A stretch of DNA of 64,000 nucleotides from Phycisphaeraceae bacterium (GTDB taxonomy: Bacteria; Planctomycetota; Phycisphaerae; Phycisphaerales; Phycisphaeraceae): positions 2,208,001 to 2,272,000 of the forward strand of contig OY771506.1 in assembly GCA_963674705.1 (NCBI GenBank), given 5' to 3'. The position numbers and the translations under genes are program-made. Below, one piece after another: positions 9,874-18,819 of this stretch. The notes below the pieces were generated by a model, which made no database searches, had not been told where the DNA came from, and worked only from the letters and a program-made list of their open reading frames with translations. Within the stretch, counting starts at the first letter, position 1; each line of letters begins with the position of its first letter.

Positions 9874-10911
9874 ATGACCGTTAATACCAACGACGAGCAG
9901 CAGGTCCTTGAGCAGGCCGATGCATTCCGTAAAGACTACCAGGCTGTGCGCGAGCAGATAGCACGCTGGATCGTCGGCCATGGCGACATCATCGACGGCG
10001 TCCTGACCTGCCTGTTCGTCGGCGGACACGCGCTGCTCGAAGGTGTGCCCGGCCTCGGTAAAACGCTGTTGATCCGAAGCCTCAGCCAGGCGTTGTCGCT
10101 GGACTTCAGCCGTATCCAGTTCACGCCCGACCTCATGCCCGCCGACATCACCGGCACGACGATCGTCGTCGAGTCGCGCAATGAGGATGGCACGACCTCG
10201 CGCGTGTTCAAATTCCAGCACGGCCCGATCTTCGCTCAGATCGTGCTGGCTGACGAAGTCAACCGCGCGACACCCAAGACGCAGTCTGCCATGCTCGAAG
10301 CGATGCAGGAAAAAGCCGTCACTGTGGCCGGTGAAACCTACACGCTGCAAAAGCCCTTCTTTGTCATGGCAACACAGAACCCCATCGAGCAGGAAGGCAC
10401 ATACCCGCTGCCTGAAGCCCAACTCGACCGTTTCCTGCTCAAACTCGATGTCGGCTACTCTACCCGTGAAGAACTGCACGAAATCGCCAACCGCACCACA
10501 CGCGCTGAAGAACCCGTCATCGAGCCTGTGCTCGATGCTGCGAAGATCATCAACTATCAGAAGCTTATTCGCCGCGTCATCATCGCCCCGCACGTTCAGG
10601 ATTATGCGATCCGCGCTGTCCTCGCGACGCATCCGGACGGTGAATTTGCCGGCAAACTGACCAAACAGTTCCTGCGCTTCGGCGGCTCCCCCCGTGCCGT
10701 GCAGGCCCTTGTTCTCGGCGGAAAAGTCAGAGCGATGTTAGATGGCCGCGCCCACGTGTCTGTAGATGACATCAGAGCCATCATGCTCCCGGCGCTTAGA
10801 CACCGCGTCCTTCTGAACTTCGAAGGCCAAGCCGAAGGCATCACGCCGGACATGGTTCTGAACGACATCATCGACACACTGCCCGTGGAAGCCGAAGGCG
10901 TGCCGGTGTAG
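9874..10911 (+). CDS. moxR: MoxR-family AAA+ ATPase
   Basis: GVPGLGKT, RIQFTPDLMPADITG, LADEVNRATPKTQSAMLEAMQE, ATQNPIEQEGTYPLPEAQLDRF. Confidence 0.95.
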   Translation: MTVNTNDEQQVLEQADAFRKDYQAVREQIARWIVGHGDIIDGVLTCLFVGGHALLEGVPGLGKTLLIRSLSQALSLDFSRIQFTPDLMPADITGTTIVVESRNEDGTTSRVFKFQHGPIFAQIVLADEVNRATPKTQSAMLEAMQEKAVTVAGETYTLQKPFFVMATQNPIEQEGTYPLPEAQLDRFLLKLDVGYSTREELHEIANRTTRAEEPVIEPVLDAAKIINYQKLIRRVIIAPHVQDYAIRAVLATHPDGEFAGKLTKQFLRFGGSPRAVQALVLGGKVRAMLDGRAHVSVDDIRAIMLPALRHRVLLNFEGQAEGITPDMVLNDIIDTLPVEAEGVPV

Positions 10912-10913
10912 GG

Positions 10914-11393
10914 AATGCACGAATGGCGAATGCTCGAATGTCGAAAGAATGACAAATGACGGAATGACAAATGAACGAGCGCTCGTATGACCTAGAGGAA
11001 CGAACAGCCAGGTTTGGTGAAAATATTATTGCCTTTGCCAAACGTGTAACGCTAAATGAGATAACGCGTCCCATTGTTGGGCAACTGGTACGATCTGGGA
11101 CGAGTGTGGGAGCTAATTACTGCGAGGCCGACGATGCGGAAACCAAAAAGGACTTTCGGCACAAGATCGCCATCTGCAAGAAGGAGTCCAGAGAAACAAA
11201 ACATTGGTTGCGTATGATTGTCACAGCAGAGCCTGTGTTGCGTGACGAAGCAAAAATATTATGGCAAGAAGCAAAAGAACTAAATTTGATCTTTGCATCC
11301 ATTCGCAACAGCACCGGAAGGCGATGAATGTGTCATTTGACATTGAATCATTCGACATTCTTTCGACATTCGAGCATTCATCATTCGTGCATT
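10914..11393. mobile_element. Putative hairpin cassette: ~60-bp GAATG-type tandem arms enclosing a four-helix-bundle gene
   Basis: Left arm AATGCACGAATGGCGAATGCTCGAATGTCGAAAGAATGACAAATGAC... (10914-10974) is complementary to ...CATTCTTTCGACATTCGAGCATTCATCATTCGTGCATT (11333-11393). Mobility is inferred. Confidence 0.6.
10971..11327 (+). CDS. Four-helix-bundle protein (23S rRNA intervening-sequence protein / TIGR02436-like)
   Basis: DLEERT, QLVRSGTSVGANYCEA, SKKDF-like TKKDFRHKIAICKKESRETKHWL, EAKEL. Confidence 0.9.
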   Translation: MNERSYDLEERTARFGENIIAFAKRVTLNEITRPIVGQLVRSGTSVGANYCEADDAETKKDFRHKIAICKKESRETKHWLRMIVTAEPVLRDEAKILWQEAKELNLIFASIRNSTGRR

Positions 11394-11398
11394 AACTT

Positions 11399-12328
11399 AT
11401 GACCACCCTCAACTCCCAACCCGCCAAGCAGGACTCGCTCCTCGACCCCGCGTTCATGCATCGGCTTGATCGGCTGGATGTCATGTCGCGCAAGGTGCTG
11501 ACGGGCAAGATGCAGGGCGAGCGACGGAGCAAGAAGAAGGGGCAGAGTGTTGAGTTCGCGGACTATCGCAGTTACGTGATCGGCGACGATCTGCGGTTTA
11601 TCGACTGGAACCTCTATGCCAGGCTCGACAAACTTTTCTTACGCCTGTTTATGGAAGAGGAAGACCTGTCGGTGTCCGTCGTGCTGGATGTCACCGCTAG
11701 CATGGATTACGGCGATCCGAACAAGCTGCTCTATGCCAAGCGCGTCGCTGCGGCGTTGGGGTACATCGGACTGACGCATTACAACCGGGTGAACCTCTAC
11801 ACCTTTGCAGACACGATCACGGACATGGCCCAGGGCATGCGCGGCCGCCGACCCATCCCGCGCATGCTCGAGTTCCTGCAGATGCAGCAGCCCATCTCCG
11901 GCGAAGCTGCCAGCGGGAACCTTGCCAACGCATGCAAACGTCTCGCACTCGTCCAGCGACAGCCCGGCGTCATCATCATGCTCAGCGACTTTTTCGATAA
12001 GGGCGATCTCAACGAAGCCCTGCGTTACCTCGGCGGCGAGAAGCACGACGTCTACGCGATCCAACTGCTCTCCCCGCAAGAAGTCGACCCAGCTAAGGGC
12101 AACGTTCTCGGCGACCTGCGCCTTCGCGACATCGAGGACGGCGACATCGCCGAAGTCTCTGTGAGCCCGGCCCTGCTCAAACGATACAAAGCCAACCTCC
12201 AGGCTTACTGCCAGTTCGTCCGCGAACAGTGCCTGAAGCGCGGCGTCGCCTACATGATCAGCGAAACCGACGTGCCGTTTGATACGTTGGTGTTGAAGTA
12301 CTTACGTCAACGGGGATTGTTGGGATAA
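11399..12328 (+). CDS. DUF58-domain protein (MoxR-associated)
   Basis: GQSVEFADYRSYVIGDDLRFIDWNLYAR, LDVTASM, LSDFF. Confidence 0.92.
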   Translation: MTTLNSQPAKQDSLLDPAFMHRLDRLDVMSRKVLTGKMQGERRSKKKGQSVEFADYRSYVIGDDLRFIDWNLYARLDKLFLRLFMEEEDLSVSVVLDVTASMDYGDPNKLLYAKRVAAALGYIGLTHYNRVNLYTFADTITDMAQGMRGRRPIPRMLEFLQMQQPISGEAASGNLANACKRLALVQRQPGVIIMLSDFFDKGDLNEALRYLGGEKHDVYAIQLLSPQEVDPAKGNVLGDLRLRDIEDGDIAEVSVSPALLKRYKANLQAYCQFVREQCLKRGVAYMISETDVPFDTLVLKYLRQRGLLG

Positions 12329-12334
12329 GGATAT

Positions 12335-12796
12335 TGGAACAGGGATGAACACAGATAAACACGGATAAGATGAAGCGGGGGTATGTGTGGATCAATATCA
12401 TGAAATGACTGAGCAGATAATTGGTTGTGCGTATCGTGTCAGCAATACATTGGGATGTGGTTTTCTTGAGAAGGTATATGAAAATGCGTTGGTCTATGAG
12501 TTGAGTGAGTCAGAGCTTAAAGTTAGCCAGCAACAATCCATAGAAGTGAATTACGCGGCAATCGTTGTTGGGCACTACATTGCCGACATCGTGGTTGAAG
12601 AAAAAGTCATTATCGAGATAAAAGTGGCCAGTAAATTGGATGAAGTCCATGCAGCACAAACCATCAACTACCTTAAGGCGACCGGTTATCCGGTTGCACT
12701 TTTACTTAACTTCGGCAAACCAAAAATTGAGATCAGGCGTTTTGTCAACAAGTTCTAATTCTTTATCCGTGTCCATCCGTGTTCATCCCTGTTCCA
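12335..12796. mobile_element. Putative hairpin cassette: 10-nt-family inverted arms enclosing a second GxxExxY gene
   Basis: TGGAACAGGGATGAACACAGATAAACACGGATAA (12335-12368) vs TTATCCGTGTCCATCCGTGTTCATCCCTGTTCCA (12763-12796), 31/34 complementary. Confidence 0.6.
12387..12758 (+). CDS. GxxExxY protein (PD-(D/E)xK nuclease superfamily)
   Basis: LGCGFLEKVYENAL, ADIVVEEKVIIEIK, QTINYLKAT, LLNFG. Confidence 0.92.
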   Translation: MDQYHEMTEQIIGCAYRVSNTLGCGFLEKVYENALVYELSESELKVSQQQSIEVNYAAIVVGHYIADIVVEEKVIIEIKVASKLDEVHAAQTINYLKATGYPVALLLNFGKPKIEIRRFVNKF

Positions 12797-12811
12797 TAAA
12801 TTGACTCAAAA

Positions 12812-14842
12812 ATGAACTTCATCTCACCAGGCATGGCACTTCTAGCAGCGGGCATCACCGTGCCGCTGTTGGTGTCGCTGTACTTTCTTAAGCTCCGTCG
12901 TCGGTTGATGCCTGTTTCATCGACGCTGCTATGGAAGAAGGCGATCCAGGACATGCAGGTGAACTCGCCGTTCCAGAAGATGCGGCGGAGTTTGTTGTTG
13001 CTGTTACAGTTGTTAATCCTGGCGGCGCTGCTCTTCGCGATGGCGCGGCCGACGATGGAGACGGTCGCCAATCCCGGGCAGCGAGTCGTCATCCTGATCG
13101 ATAACTCCGGATCGATGAACGCTACCGACGTCTCGCCCACACGACTCGATGAAGCCAAGAAGGCAGCGCTTGAGCTGATCAACAGCCTCGATGCCAGCGG
13201 ATCGAATGGCAACGACACAACTTCCGGCGGGGCGATGGTTGTCAGCTTCGCGCAAAGTTCGCAAGTCCGCCAGTCGTTCACGAACGATCCGTCACTATTG
13301 CGCGACGCGATCAGAAGGATCGAGCCGACGGACCACGTCAGCCGTCTTGAGCCGGCGCTGCGTTTGATCGAACCTTTTGCCGGCAAAGCCGCGCAGGATG
13401 ATACCGAGGGACTCGTCGTCTACATCATCAGCGACGGCCGGGTGCGCGACGATGGCCGGGTCCTGTCACTTGCCGGTGCGACGCTTAAATACATCCCCAT
13501 CGGTGGTGGTCCTGCGGGTAACGCCGGCGCTGCTGATCCTGACAACGTCGGTATCGTCTCCTTCAGCGCACGGCGAGACTTCGACAAACCCGAGATCGTT
13601 CAGATCTTCGCCAAGGTCGCCAACTACGGAAACAAACAGGTCAAAACCAACCTCACCCTCTCGCTCGATGGCAACCCCACCCGCGTCCAGCCCATCACCC
13701 TCGGTCCCGCGCCGCAAGTCGATACCGAATCATCGACCGAGTCCACGAGCAACAGCCACGAAACCTCCGTCCAGTTTGACTTCGTCCTGCCCGGCACAGC
13801 GCTCGTTGAGTTGGCGCATGACTATGAAGATCAACTGCCTGCCGACGACGCCGTCCGTTTGACGCTCGCACCTGCCCGACGTCTGCGTGTCCTGCTCGTG
13901 ACCGAAGGCAATGCGTTTCTGGCCAAAGGCATCCAAAGTGCAGGCGTGCGTCAGCTTGCGATATGGACGCCCGACAAGTTCGAGAATCAGGACCCCGAAT
14001 CTCTTAGCCGAGGTGGTTGGGAAGACGCGGGCACATCCGGCCTGGCAGGTGAAGGCTTCGACGTCATCGTCTTCGATCACTACAGCCCAAAGACGATCCC
14101 GCTGGTGGACAGCCTTTACTTCGCTGCTGCGCCACCGTTCGACGACATCAAGCGCATCGCACCGGATGAGCAATCCAACGCCCCGTCCGAGCGCATCCTC
14201 TATTGGGAGCGCACCCATCCTCTGCTGCGTTACGTCTCGCTCGAAGATGTGATCCTTTCCGACCCGGGCCGGCTTGAAGTTTCGCCGCAGGCCACCACGT
14301 TAGTGACCGGCCAGTCCGGACCGATCATGGCCGAAGTCGTCAGGGATGGCGTACGCCACGTTGTCGCCAGCTTCGACCTGCTGCAAACCAACTGGCCGAT
14401 CAAGATCAGCTTCCCTGTCTTCCTCGGCAACACCGTCCAAACCCTCGGCCTCGGCGGGCTCAGCGAAGGCGCAGGCGTCGCTTACCGCACCGGTGAAGTC
14501 GTTTCCATCCCCGCCGATTCGGATGTCACCTACACCGGCCCTGCTACACTCACCGTCCGCCGCACCCAAGGCGCAGCGGTTCTTCCCCCGTTCCCGCTTG
14601 CCGGCGTTTACACCACGACCGACACGATACAGCCGCCATTTGATCGGCTGGGAGTGAACCTGCTCGATCCGCAGGAAAGCGACCTGCGCACCATGGATGT
14701 ACTTAACGTCAGAACCACGGATGCCGATACTGCCGTGCAAACCGCCAGCATCCGCCGCGAGGTCTGGCAGTGGTTCATCTGGGCCGCCCTCGCTGTGATG
14801 CTCATCGAATGGCTGATCTACACCCGCCGCATGCATATCTGA
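12812..14842 (+). CDS. BatA-type N-terminal domain + VWA domain membrane protein
   Basis: LYFLKLRRR...VSSTLLW, LLLLLQLL...ARP, DNSGSM MIDAS, SDG, C-terminal WQWF...EW. Confidence 0.88.
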   Translation: MNFISPGMALLAAGITVPLLVSLYFLKLRRRLMPVSSTLLWKKAIQDMQVNSPFQKMRRSLLLLLQLLILAALLFAMARPTMETVANPGQRVVILIDNSGSMNATDVSPTRLDEAKKAALELINSLDASGSNGNDTTSGGAMVVSFAQSSQVRQSFTNDPSLLRDAIRRIEPTDHVSRLEPALRLIEPFAGKAAQDDTEGLVVYIISDGRVRDDGRVLSLAGATLKYIPIGGGPAGNAGAADPDNVGIVSFSARRDFDKPEIVQIFAKVANYGNKQVKTNLTLSLDGNPTRVQPITLGPAPQVDTESSTESTSNSHETSVQFDFVLPGTALVELAHDYEDQLPADDAVRLTLAPARRLRVLLVTEGNAFLAKGIQSAGVRQLAIWTPDKFENQDPESLSRGGWEDAGTSGLAGEGFDVIVFDHYSPKTIPLVDSLYFAAAPPFDDIKRIAPDEQSNAPSERILYWERTHPLLRYVSLEDVILSDPGRLEVSPQATTLVTGQSGPIMAEVVRDGVRHVVASFDLLQTNWPIKISFPVFLGNTVQTLGLGGLSEGAGVAYRTGEVVSIPADSDVTYTGPATLTVRRTQGAAVLPPFPLAGVYTTTDTIQPPFDRLGVNLLDPQESDLRTMDVLNVRTTDADTAVQTASIRREVWQWFIWAALAVMLIEWLIYTRRMHI

Positions 14843-14883
14843 TCAACTGCATCGAGCACAAACGATTGATCCTGATAGACAAC

Positions 14884-14907
14884 AGCCCCACGCGGAAGCG
14901 TGGGGTT
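14884..14907. terminator. Short palindromic hairpin between convergent genes
   Basis: AGCCCCACGC-GGAA-GCGTGGGGTT. Confidence 0.5.
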
Positions 14908-14941
14908 CAATGTTCGTATCAACTATTCAGATAACAATCGC

Positions 14942-15415
14942 TCAATGCTCGGCCGGTGGATCCTCAAATTCACCCACCAGGTCGAGTTGCACGCGGTTGA
15001 CCTTGAAACCCGTGCGGGTTTGCAGCTCAGTAAGCAGGTTGTCGGGGATATGTTCGAGGATGCGTTTACCCAGATCATCGGGCACATCGGTGATCTGCCC
15101 TGTCCTGTCGCATCGCAGGTGCAGGTGGTCTTCACGTCCGGCGTCATACCGTGTTGACCCGTTGCCGCAGCAGCCCGTGATCTTGAATGCCAATCCGGCA
15201 TTGCACAGCGCTTCGAGCGTGTTGTACACCGTCGCCAGGCTCAGTTTGTCGTCCCTAGCCTTGACCATCTTGTACAGTTCGTCGGCCGTCGGATGCGAGT
15301 GGCACGACGATAACGCGCGATAAATCGCTCGGCGTTGTCGGGTGCAACGTAGGCCGTGTTCCGCGAATGCTGCTTGCAGGTTTTCTGACATGTCTGAGTG
15401 GTGATTCGCAGTCAT
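14942..15415 (-). CDS. Fur/PerR-family transcriptional repressor (start may be 15391)
   Basis: GLRCTRQR, HPTADELY, SLATVYNTL, RYD...HLHLRC. Confidence 0.9.
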   Translation of the reverse strand: MTANHHSDMSENLQAAFAEHGLRCTRQRRAIYRALSSCHSHPTADELYKMVKARDDKLSLATVYNTLEALCNAGLAFKITGCCGNGSTRYDAGREDHLHLRCDRTGQITDVPDDLGKRILEHIPDNLLTELQTRTGFKVNRVQLDLVGEFEDPPAEH

Positions 15416-15608
15416 GGGTCAAAAAGATCCGGTCCGCAGGGCCCGCCAGAATAGGTCCAGGCAACCAGCGTAGGACTAAACAATAAGGCCTGAACCCGTC
15501 CGGGTCCAGTCATATCATCCTATTTATATTCGATTTATCATACCGGCGGCTTTTAACCGCTCCTACGCGGGTTTTACGACAACCCCAACCCGCGTACACT
15601 ACCGGCCT

Positions 15609-16694
15609 ATGGCCAAGAAAAAACGCCCGTCTACCGGCCTCACCTACGCCCAATCCGGGGTCGATATCGACGCCGGCGACCGCACCGTTGACCTCATCAA
15701 GAGCCACCTGCGACGCACATACAACCCCCGCGTCCTCGGCCGACACGGCGCTTTCGCCGGCTGCTTCCGCCTGGACTACAACGAACGGCTGTTTAAACGC
15801 AACTATAAAGACCCCGTCCTCGTCGCCTGCACCGACGGCGTCGGTACCAAGGTCCTGCTGGCTGTCCGGATGGGCATCCACGACACGATCGGCCAGGACT
15901 GCGTCGCCATGAACGTCAACGACATGATCGTTCAGGGGGCCGAGCCGCTGTTCTTCCTGGATTACGTCGGTGTCCACAAGGTCGTGCCCGAACACATGGA
16001 GCAGATCGTTAAGGGGGTTGCCGACGGCTGCCAGCTCGCCGGTTGCGCCCTGATCGGCGGCGAAACCGCAGAGATGCCCGATGTCTATAAAGAAGGGGAC
16101 TACGACCTGGCAGGTTTTGCCGTCGGCGTCTGCGAACTGAAGCGCGTCATCGACGGTGAACGCGTTGAGGTCGGCGACGTCATCCTCGGCCTGACCTCCA
16201 GCGGCATCCATTCCAACGGCTACTCCCTCGTCCGCGCCATCATCGACAAAGCCAAACTCGACCTCGATAAACCCTACCCCGAGCTCGAAGACGACCGCCC
16301 GCTTGGCGAAGTGCTGCTCGAACCGACCCGCATCTATGCCAAGCAGATCGTCAGCGTCCTGCGCAGCTACAAACGTAAACGCCCGATCGGCGGCATGGCT
16401 CACATCACCGGCGGCGGCCTGCCCGGCAACGTCAATCGCGCCCTGCACAGCGCCGTCGACGCCAAGATCAGCCGAAAAACCTGGGGTATCCCGCCGCTTT
16501 TCAAATTCCTGCAACGTCACGGCAACGTCGAAGACGAGGAGATGCTCCGCGTCTTCAACATGGGCGTCGGTTACACGATGATCGTCCGCCCACACTTCGC
16601 GGATGCCATCATGGAAAAGCTCACCAAGCAGGGCGAACAGCCTTTCATTCTGGGCAAGATCACCAAGGGCACCGGACGGGTGGTGATCCAGTAA
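15609..16694 (+). CDS. purM: Phosphoribosylformylglycinamidine cyclo-ligase
   Basis: YAQSGVDI, TDGVGTK, AMNVND, GAEPLFFLDY, GGETAEMP, SSGIHSNGYS, AHITGGG, FNMGVG. Confidence 0.97.
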   Translation: MAKKKRPSTGLTYAQSGVDIDAGDRTVDLIKSHLRRTYNPRVLGRHGAFAGCFRLDYNERLFKRNYKDPVLVACTDGVGTKVLLAVRMGIHDTIGQDCVAMNVNDMIVQGAEPLFFLDYVGVHKVVPEHMEQIVKGVADGCQLAGCALIGGETAEMPDVYKEGDYDLAGFAVGVCELKRVIDGERVEVGDVILGLTSSGIHSNGYSLVRAIIDKAKLDLDKPYPELEDDRPLGEVLLEPTRIYAKQIVSVLRSYKRKRPIGGMAHITGGGLPGNVNRALHSAVDAKISRKTWGIPPLFKFLQRHGNVEDEEMLRVFNMGVGYTMIVRPHFADAIMEKLTKQGEQPFILGKITKGTGRVVIQ

Positions 16695-17032
16695 ATCTCT
16701 GTTGATGGACATTGCTAGTGCCAGTCGGGGGACCCGATGCCAGCAGATGTTTCCAGCTTTGTCGTGTGGCTAAATATCGACCCTGTAAACGCTAACGGGC
16801 CGGGAAGTCCTCGATTTGCCACGTGTGTGTTGCGTGGACGCATCATCCGGCCTGAAGCGGCGGCCATAGTTACAGGCGACTTCCCAATTCTTAAATTATA
16901 TCTATAATATTATTATGTGTTTATGTAATCTTGTCGGATTTCTGGCACATGCCTCAATCGACTGGCAAGCCCCTTGTATTAAGTGTGGCGTCTCACCCAA
17001 TGATGGGTTCGTGACGGAAAAGGAGTACAGCC

Positions 17033-17302
17033 ATGGATGAGAAGGCATTCCAAGCCAAACTGACCGAACTGATGGGTGAGATCTCGACCCTGCCCAAGGC
17101 CGAACGCGAAAAGCTGGAACAAATAGCCCAGCAAACCAAGGAGCGGCACCAGAAGCTGAAAAAGACCGTAGGTGACCTCCAGGAATCGCTCGATTACTTG
17201 CGTCTGTCGATCAAGTATCTCGTATTCGACCTGGAAGCCACCCGCCGGGAAAACCGCTACCTCCGCAAAATGCTCGAAGAAGACAACACCGGCCGAGATT
17301 AA
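17033..17302 (+). CDS. Small coiled-coil protein of unknown function
   Basis: RBS AAGGAG, 89 aa with heptad pattern, LDYLRLSIKYLVFDLEATRREN motif (recalled as a planctomycete-conserved family, unverified), followed by a terminator. Confidence 0.8.
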   Translation: MDEKAFQAKLTELMGEISTLPKAEREKLEQIAQQTKERHQKLKKTVGDLQESLDYLRLSIKYLVFDLEATRRENRYLRKMLEEDNTGRD

Positions 17303-17383
17303 GCCACAGGCCTCTAGCTTACGAAACAGACCCGATCCTAACCGGGGAAAAACCACTGGTTACTCCAACCAGACCCTTGCTCG

Positions 17384-17417
17384 ACAGACGCCCCTTAAAC
17401 CAGGGCGTCTGTTTTTT
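17384..17417 (+). terminator. Rho-independent terminator
   Basis: ACAGACGCCC...GGGCGTCTGT followed by a T-run. Confidence 0.8.
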
Positions 17418-17420
17418 ATA

Positions 17421-17693
17421 TGGGGTCTGGGGTCAGGTGCTTAGGGACTGGGGATTAGTCCAAAAAAGCCGCTTGCGGCTTAGCGCGATAGCATGGCGAG
17501 CTATTAGCCATTAGCCTTTAACCATACAATCCGTCCGATCCACGATCCTCTGTCTCCTATTCTCCTGAGCTACACTCTCCTGCTCTATCCGGCCCGCCTC
17601 TCCGCTGCGCTCAGGACCGGCGCTGGGGGACAAGCCATTAGCCATTTGCGATTAGCAATACAATTCCCACACCCCACGCCCGATCCAAAACCC
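17421..17693. repeat. Composite heptamer-repeat region with REP-like core
   Basis: TGGGGTC-type heptamers at 17421-17458, TTAGCCA-type heptamers, palindrome AAGCCGCTTGCGGCTT. 17589-17693 is an inverted homolog of 36898-37028. Confidence 0.7.
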
Positions 17694-17751
17694 GCTATCA
17701 TGTCCCTGTCCGACGATTAACCCCTGTTATGACTTAAAGCGAGATTCACGG

Positions 17752-18438
17752 ATGAATAGGCAGGACCTTCCCCACGACTTCACGATGTCCACTCCCCCCG
17801 GCTTCCAGGCCGCGATGCAGGCGATGACCCACGCCGGGCACTACTACCCCAACCCGCAGCTCGCCCCGCCGGCAATGCAACGCTACCGCGAGATGACCAT
17901 CGATGAGATGCTCCTGGAGAATCGGGTCATCTTCCTCGTCGGTGAGATCAACCACGCCAGCGCCACCGGCATCATCATGCGACTGCTGCACTTGGAAAAC
18001 ACCAAGCCCGGCGTCGATATCAGCCTCTACATCAACTCCCCCGGCGGGGCTGTCGATGACACCCTCGCCATCTACGACACAATGAACCACATCAGTTCCG
18101 AGGTCTCCACCGTCTGCGTCGGCAAGGCGATGAGCGGCGGCGCCCTGGTTCTTGCGGCCGGCGAAAAAGGCAAACGATACTGCCTGCCCCACGCCAAGGT
18201 CATGATCCACCAGCCCTACGGCGGGATCTACGGCCAGACCACCGATGTCGCCATCCAGGCCGAGGAAATCCTCAAGACCAAGAAACAGCTCAACGAAATC
18301 CTTGCCGAACGCACCGGCCAGGATGTCGCTCGCATCGAAGAAGACTCCGAGCGCGACAAGTTCTTCAGCGCCCAGGAAGCCAAGGACTACGGCCTGGTCG
18401 ATGATGTCGTCGTGAAGAATGAAGAAGCGAACAAGTAA
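17752..18438 (+). CDS. clpP: ATP-dependent Clp protease proteolytic subunit (exact start uncertain)
   Basis: LLENRVIFL, YINSPGG, GKAMSGG (Ser), MIHQP (His), ERDKFFSAQEAKDYGLVD (Asp). Confidence 0.95.
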   Translation: MNRQDLPHDFTMSTPPGFQAAMQAMTHAGHYYPNPQLAPPAMQRYREMTIDEMLLENRVIFLVGEINHASATGIIMRLLHLENTKPGVDISLYINSPGGAVDDTLAIYDTMNHISSEVSTVCVGKAMSGGALVLAAGEKGKRYCLPHAKVMIHQPYGGIYGQTTDVAIQAEEILKTKKQLNEILAERTGQDVARIEEDSERDKFFSAQEAKDYGLVDDVVVKNEEANK

Positions 18439-18493
18439 GCTTGCACTACGTGTCGGTGTGTTTTTCATTCAGCGTGCACAAGAATCATTACTC

Positions 18494-18525
18494 AAGGCCA
18501 CGATCGTTTGATCGTGGCCTTTGTT
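18494..18525 (+). terminator. Rho-independent terminator
   Basis: AAGGCCACGATC-GTTT-GATCGTGGCCTT then TGTT. Confidence 0.75.
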
Positions 18526-18652
18526 AATCTCGGTAATGTAGGTCATCTTTATTCATCACTATCATGTCACTCACTAAATGAACACATTGGTGCGGTTAAC
18601 ATGGAACTCACAAGATAGCAATGGCTTTTGTGTGTTTTAGGCTATTTTTTAT

Positions 18653-18681
18653 TTGAGTTCATTCCCGTCTCACAGTATTCT
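18653..18681 (+). promoter_or_regulatory. Candidate sigma70 promoter
   Basis: TTGAGT-N17-TATTCT in an AT-rich intergenic region. Confidence 0.4.
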
Positions 18682-18819
18682 AGAAAAGTTAGTTTGTATT
18701 TATTGAACAAGAGGCGGGTCCGGTTGTTTCAACGTGTGATGTACTTGTCGATCAGTTCGGCCGTGGCGGACAACAAGACCTAACCAATTAACTTGCCATG
18801 ATCTGAAAGGATTACTCTT

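Noticed and set aside
10971..11327. Diversity-generating retroelement (Avd-like gene) or a 23S rRNA intervening sequence
   Set aside because: No reverse transcriptase, no TR/VR pair and no rRNA sequence in the window.
9399..12796. Classical IS elements or integron cassettes (attC)
   Set aside because: No transposase or integrase, no evident target-site duplication, and the inverted arms enclose the gene rather than following it as an attC site would.
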